Shown: positions 32,194 to 34,383 of the stretch, piece after piece | Numbering within the stretch: position 1 is the first letter of the stretch | How the letters are laid out: every line of letters begins with the position of its first letter | From: a virus | UHGV virus genome: UHGV-0341269 | Length of the DNA stretch: 34,383 bases | Direction: 5' to 3' (one strand) | The notes under the pieces: model-generated | What the model was told of the DNA's origin: nothing | The model's input: the letters and a program-made list of their open reading frames with translations, nothing else | Database searches by the model: none | Made by a program: the position numbers and the translations under genes

Positions 32194-33501
32194 CTAATAT
32201 CTACCGATGGCGCGTTTTTGTGCCGGATGTCTGGCATACCAAGCCCCCAGATTCCGGACAAGTCCGCTGTGCCGGCGCGCGTGCCAGGCCATGACAAGGG
32301 CGTCGGCCCGGTCGGGAGAACGAACTCCACGCTTTGCCATGTCCTCCTTGCTCTCGATTTTGACACGCCCGATCGCGTCTGTCTGGACGCGCGGTGCGAC
32401 CAGCTGTTCGATCGTGTCTTCGTCGATGTCGAGAATGAGCTCTTTTTCTTCGATGGCTCGGGCCAGGGCCCTCCATGCCTGGGCGCGCAAGTTGACAAAG
32501 GCCTGCGTGTCGTCGGACGGGAAGCCGCCCCGGTAGGAGTGCACCGGGAATCCCTCGGCCCGGAAGTCGTCAATGATGGGAAGCCCTAACCCGTCGCCAT
32601 CCGCGAAGATGCGGTCGGCTGGAATACCGAGCTCGACGGCCTTTCGGCGGAACCGTCCCCGCGCTCCGACGGTGTCCGGGTCTGCCCAGTGATCAGCGAT
32701 GAAGAACCGGTTGCCGTGCCCGGCAGCAAAGACGTTTTCATCGCCTCCGGCGGCGAAGTCAAAGCCGCCGCAGGTCTCCCCAGTGTCCAAAAAGGGAGGC
32801 GGGTTGTTGAGCAGCTCCATGAGGGCGCGTCGGGAAATGACGGATTGTCCGTCAAGGTCCGTGAATTCTCCGAGGATGGCCGAACGGTAAAAGGAAGAAT
32901 CTTCGCCGTATTCTTTTTTGATGCGGGCGGCCTTGCCCGGGTCGTTGATCTCAATATGAGGACAGTCCTCGTATTTGACCCGGATTTTATAGTAAAGGGA
33001 GGAATTTTTGTGGAAGCAGTCGTAGAAGGTGCCGGAATCAGCTCCAGGTGACGATGTGATGAACGCATGAAAGAGCGTGCAGCGGGAAACCGCGGTAAAG
33101 ATGGGGTCCGGGATGGTCTTGGCTTCGTCGAGGACGTAAAAGACCGGGTCCACGTCGGGCGATATTTTCGGGTGCCATCCTTCCGCGCGTCCGGCGTTGT
33201 CGGTGGAGAATCCCACGGCAAAACCTCCTTCAGGGGTACGGATTTCCGTCTTGTTGAACGTCCAGCCCGCAAAGAACGGATTGTCCATGTAGCGGCGCAG
33301 CGACGGGAAGAGCTGCTTTTCCACTTGCATCCACGAAGAGGACGTGACGGGAACCTGTCCCCGCGGAAAACAGGTGAGAAAGTACAGGATGGCCGGCGCA
33401 ATGCAGTTGCTTGTCTTGCCTGATCCGTTGGGGGCTACCAGAGCCACGCTTTTTCCGCCCAGGGCAATCTTGCCAAGGGATAGCGCCTTGATGGCCTCCA
33501 C
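32194..33501 (-). CDS. terL: Terminase large subunit
   Basis: Walker A GGKSVALVAPNGSGKTS near the N-terminus; 435 aa; a nuclease-like C-terminal half. Confidence 0.85.
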   Translation of the reverse strand: MEAIKALSLGKIALGGKSVALVAPNGSGKTSNCIAPAILYFLTCFPRGQVPVTSSSWMQVEKQLFPSLRRYMDNPFFAGWTFNKTEIRTPEGGFAVGFSTDNAGRAEGWHPKISPDVDPVFYVLDEAKTIPDPIFTAVSRCTLFHAFITSSPGADSGTFYDCFHKNSSLYYKIRVKYEDCPHIEINDPGKAARIKKEYGEDSSFYRSAILGEFTDLDGQSVISRRALMELLNNPPPFLDTGETCGGFDFAAGGDENVFAAGHGNRFFIADHWADPDTVGARGRFRRKAVELGIPADRIFADGDGLGLPIIDDFRAEGFPVHSYRGGFPSDDTQAFVNLRAQAWRALARAIEEKELILDIDEDTIEQLVAPRVQTDAIGRVKIESKEDMAKRGVRSPDRADALVMAWHARRHSGLVRNLGAWYARHPAQKRAIGRY

Positions 33502-33572
33502 CTGCCAGGGATAGGGATCCAGGCGGAGGATGTGGCGAAGGAAGAAGCTAACGGGGAGGTATGGCCTGATGT

Positions 33573-34130
33573 CTAGGGATTGAGCTTGCCAGCGATGGTT
33601 TCCAGCGCGGTTTTCTCGTCTTCCTGGAGCCGGGCAAGCTGCTCGGGGTCCAGAGTGATCTTGCGTTCCAATGGAGCGCCTGGAACGCCCGCTACATCCT
33701 GCCGGACTCGGTCGCCGAATTTCTCGGGGGCGAAGCGGGCGGCCACTTTCAGCCGCGTTTCAATGGCGAGCTTCTTCGCGGCGACGGAGGCAGAGCCACA
33801 TTCAGGGTCGAGCGCAACCTGAGCAGCGGCATCTGACAAAGACTGGCACTCGTCAAGCAGTGCTTCCGACTGCGCTTCCCGTGCGCGTTGAATGAGTTTG
33901 GAAAACTCCGGCTTGGTTTCACGCCAATTCCAAACCGTCCAAACCTCCGGCATGTGATCGTCCGAGCAGATGGACTTCATCGTTTCCCCAGCAGCCAGCC
34001 TGGAGGCTATCTCGGCGGCTAGTGCCTCCGTATAGAGGCTGGGCCGTCCTATTTTCTTGTTGGTGGTAGGTGATTGTTTCTTTTTCCTGCGGGTGCACCA
34101 TAAGAGATTTTGCTCCCGTAAATCAAGCAT
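33573..34130 (-). CDS. terS: Terminase small subunit
   Basis: GRPSLYTEALAAEIASRLAAGETMKSICSDDHMPEVWTVWNW is the typical terminase small subunit HTH domain. Confidence 0.75.
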   Translation of the reverse strand: MLDLREQNLLWCTRRKKKQSPTTNKKIGRPSLYTEALAAEIASRLAAGETMKSICSDDHMPEVWTVWNWRETKPEFSKLIQRAREAQSEALLDECQSLSDAAAQVALDPECGSASVAAKKLAIETRLKVAARFAPEKFGDRVRQDVAGVPGAPLERKITLDPEQLARLQEDEKTALETIAGKLNP

Positions 34131-34154
34131 GTTGTTTGTTCTTGTCTCTCCATA

Positions 34155-34186
34155 AGCAAAAGGGCGGCCGCCGAAGCAGCCGCCCT
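34155..34186 (-). terminator. GC-rich hairpin (AGGGCGGC / GCCGCCCT, 10-nt loop) followed on the minus strand by a UUUUGCUU tract; terminator-like
   Basis: Stem arms 34161-34168 / 34179-34186 read directly; the T-tract is only 4 nt long, so it is weak. Confidence 0.35.
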
Positions 34187-34359
34187 CTTGTAAGGAATTG
34201 GACGATACACGGCCAAAGGGAGAATTCCCTAAACAGGCAGTTTTTCAATCCACGCCCCGAAGGGCGGCATCTGAAAGAACATTCAGAATACCTTCTTTTC
34301 CCACATTTTTTGAAGCCGAGCAAAGTTTTTTTTGCACATGCTGCATTTTCCTCTTGCAC

Positions 34360-34378
34360 TACTAAACATTGTTTAGTA
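34360..34378. promoter_or_regulatory. Operator-like inverted repeat TACTAAACA-T-TGTTTAGTA (copy A; 9-bp arms)
   Basis: Identical core to 1177-1193; it continues across the window end into the promoter at 1-56. Confidence 0.5.
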
Positions 34379-34383
34379 AATTA

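Noticed and set aside
32055-33401. ORFs 32055-32573 and 32586-33401 (minus), and 32185-32589 / 32207-32536 (plus)
   Set aside because: They are overlapping alternative frames of the terminase large subunit gene and the TerL-portal spacer. Their Arg/Pro/Ser-rich junk composition contrasts with the Walker-A-bearing 32194-33501 frame.
1-34383. CRISPR arrays or other defence islands
   Set aside because: There are no regularly spaced short direct repeats with unique spacers. All tandem repeats found are coding repeats, iterons or operator copies.

Overview
This 34,383-bp window looks like the complete genome of a temperate, siphovirus-like tailed phage, fairly GC-rich (roughly 55-60% by eye). It also appears to be circularly closed. 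The last ~38 bp (34346-34383) and the first ~60 bp (1-60) join into one promoter/operator unit that is a near-copy of an internal unit at 1162-1261. That match is only expected if the sequence is circular or terminally redundant, with an arbitrary start point.

Nearly every gene lies on the minus strand in one long modular run, read from high to low coordinates:
- terminase small and large subunits (33573-34130, 32194-33501)
- portal (30685-31950)
- a Mu gpI-like head protease/scaffold (29598-30710)
- a DUF2190-like small head protein (29148-29579)
- a lambda gpE-like major capsid protein (28187-28927, probably longer at its 5' end)
- head-tail joining proteins (25375-28167)
- a collagen-like tail fiber (22174-24339)
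- a lysis cassette: spanin/holin-like membrane proteins (21054-21762) plus an Amidase_3 endolysin (20457-20999)
- major tail protein (19227-20450), chaperone (18909-19199) and tape measure protein (17004-18890)
- a DUF4339 membrane-protein moron (16376-16957)
- a 716-aa tail tip/host-specificity protein (14171-16321)
- a GT-A glycosyltransferase-like moron (13433-14158)
- a terminator and an attP-like region (13181-13432)
- a tyrosine integrase (11991-13178)
- an immI-like module: a small TM protein, two ribbon-helix-helix proteins and a Bro-N/KilA-C antirepressor (10253-11814)
- two HTH_17 excisionase-like proteins (8969-9322, 9504-9719)
- a recombination module: RecT, YqaJ exonuclease and a DUF1064 nuclease (6598-8556)
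- Dam-like N6-adenine and C5-cytosine methyltransferases (3756-5224)
- a replication initiator with an embedded iteron array (2891-3706)
- a DnaB helicase (1561-2874) and a winged-HTH protein (1299-1556)

The only convincing plus-strand genes are a short operon at the left end: a 291-aa unknown protein (57-932), a 77-aa Cro/Xre-like HTH protein (948-1181) and possibly a 32-aa peptide (1259-1357). Each is preceded by a conserved leader, and the two promoter units carry a 17-19-bp palindromic operator (ACTAAACA-T-TGTTTAGT). There is no CI/LexA-type repressor, CRISPR array, tRNA or reverse transcriptase.

The features most worth a second look are:
- the circular junction
- the duplicated operator/promoter units
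- eight phased 10-bp iterons inside the replication initiator gene
- the immI-like ribbon-helix-helix/antirepressor module, with operator repeats embedded in coding sequence
- a G8 tract in a promoter region
- the attP-like repeat architecture
- AT-rich morons, including a DUF4339 membrane protein inside the tail module
- the endolysin and the major capsid gene, whose homology-supported reading frames run upstream of any canonical start codon
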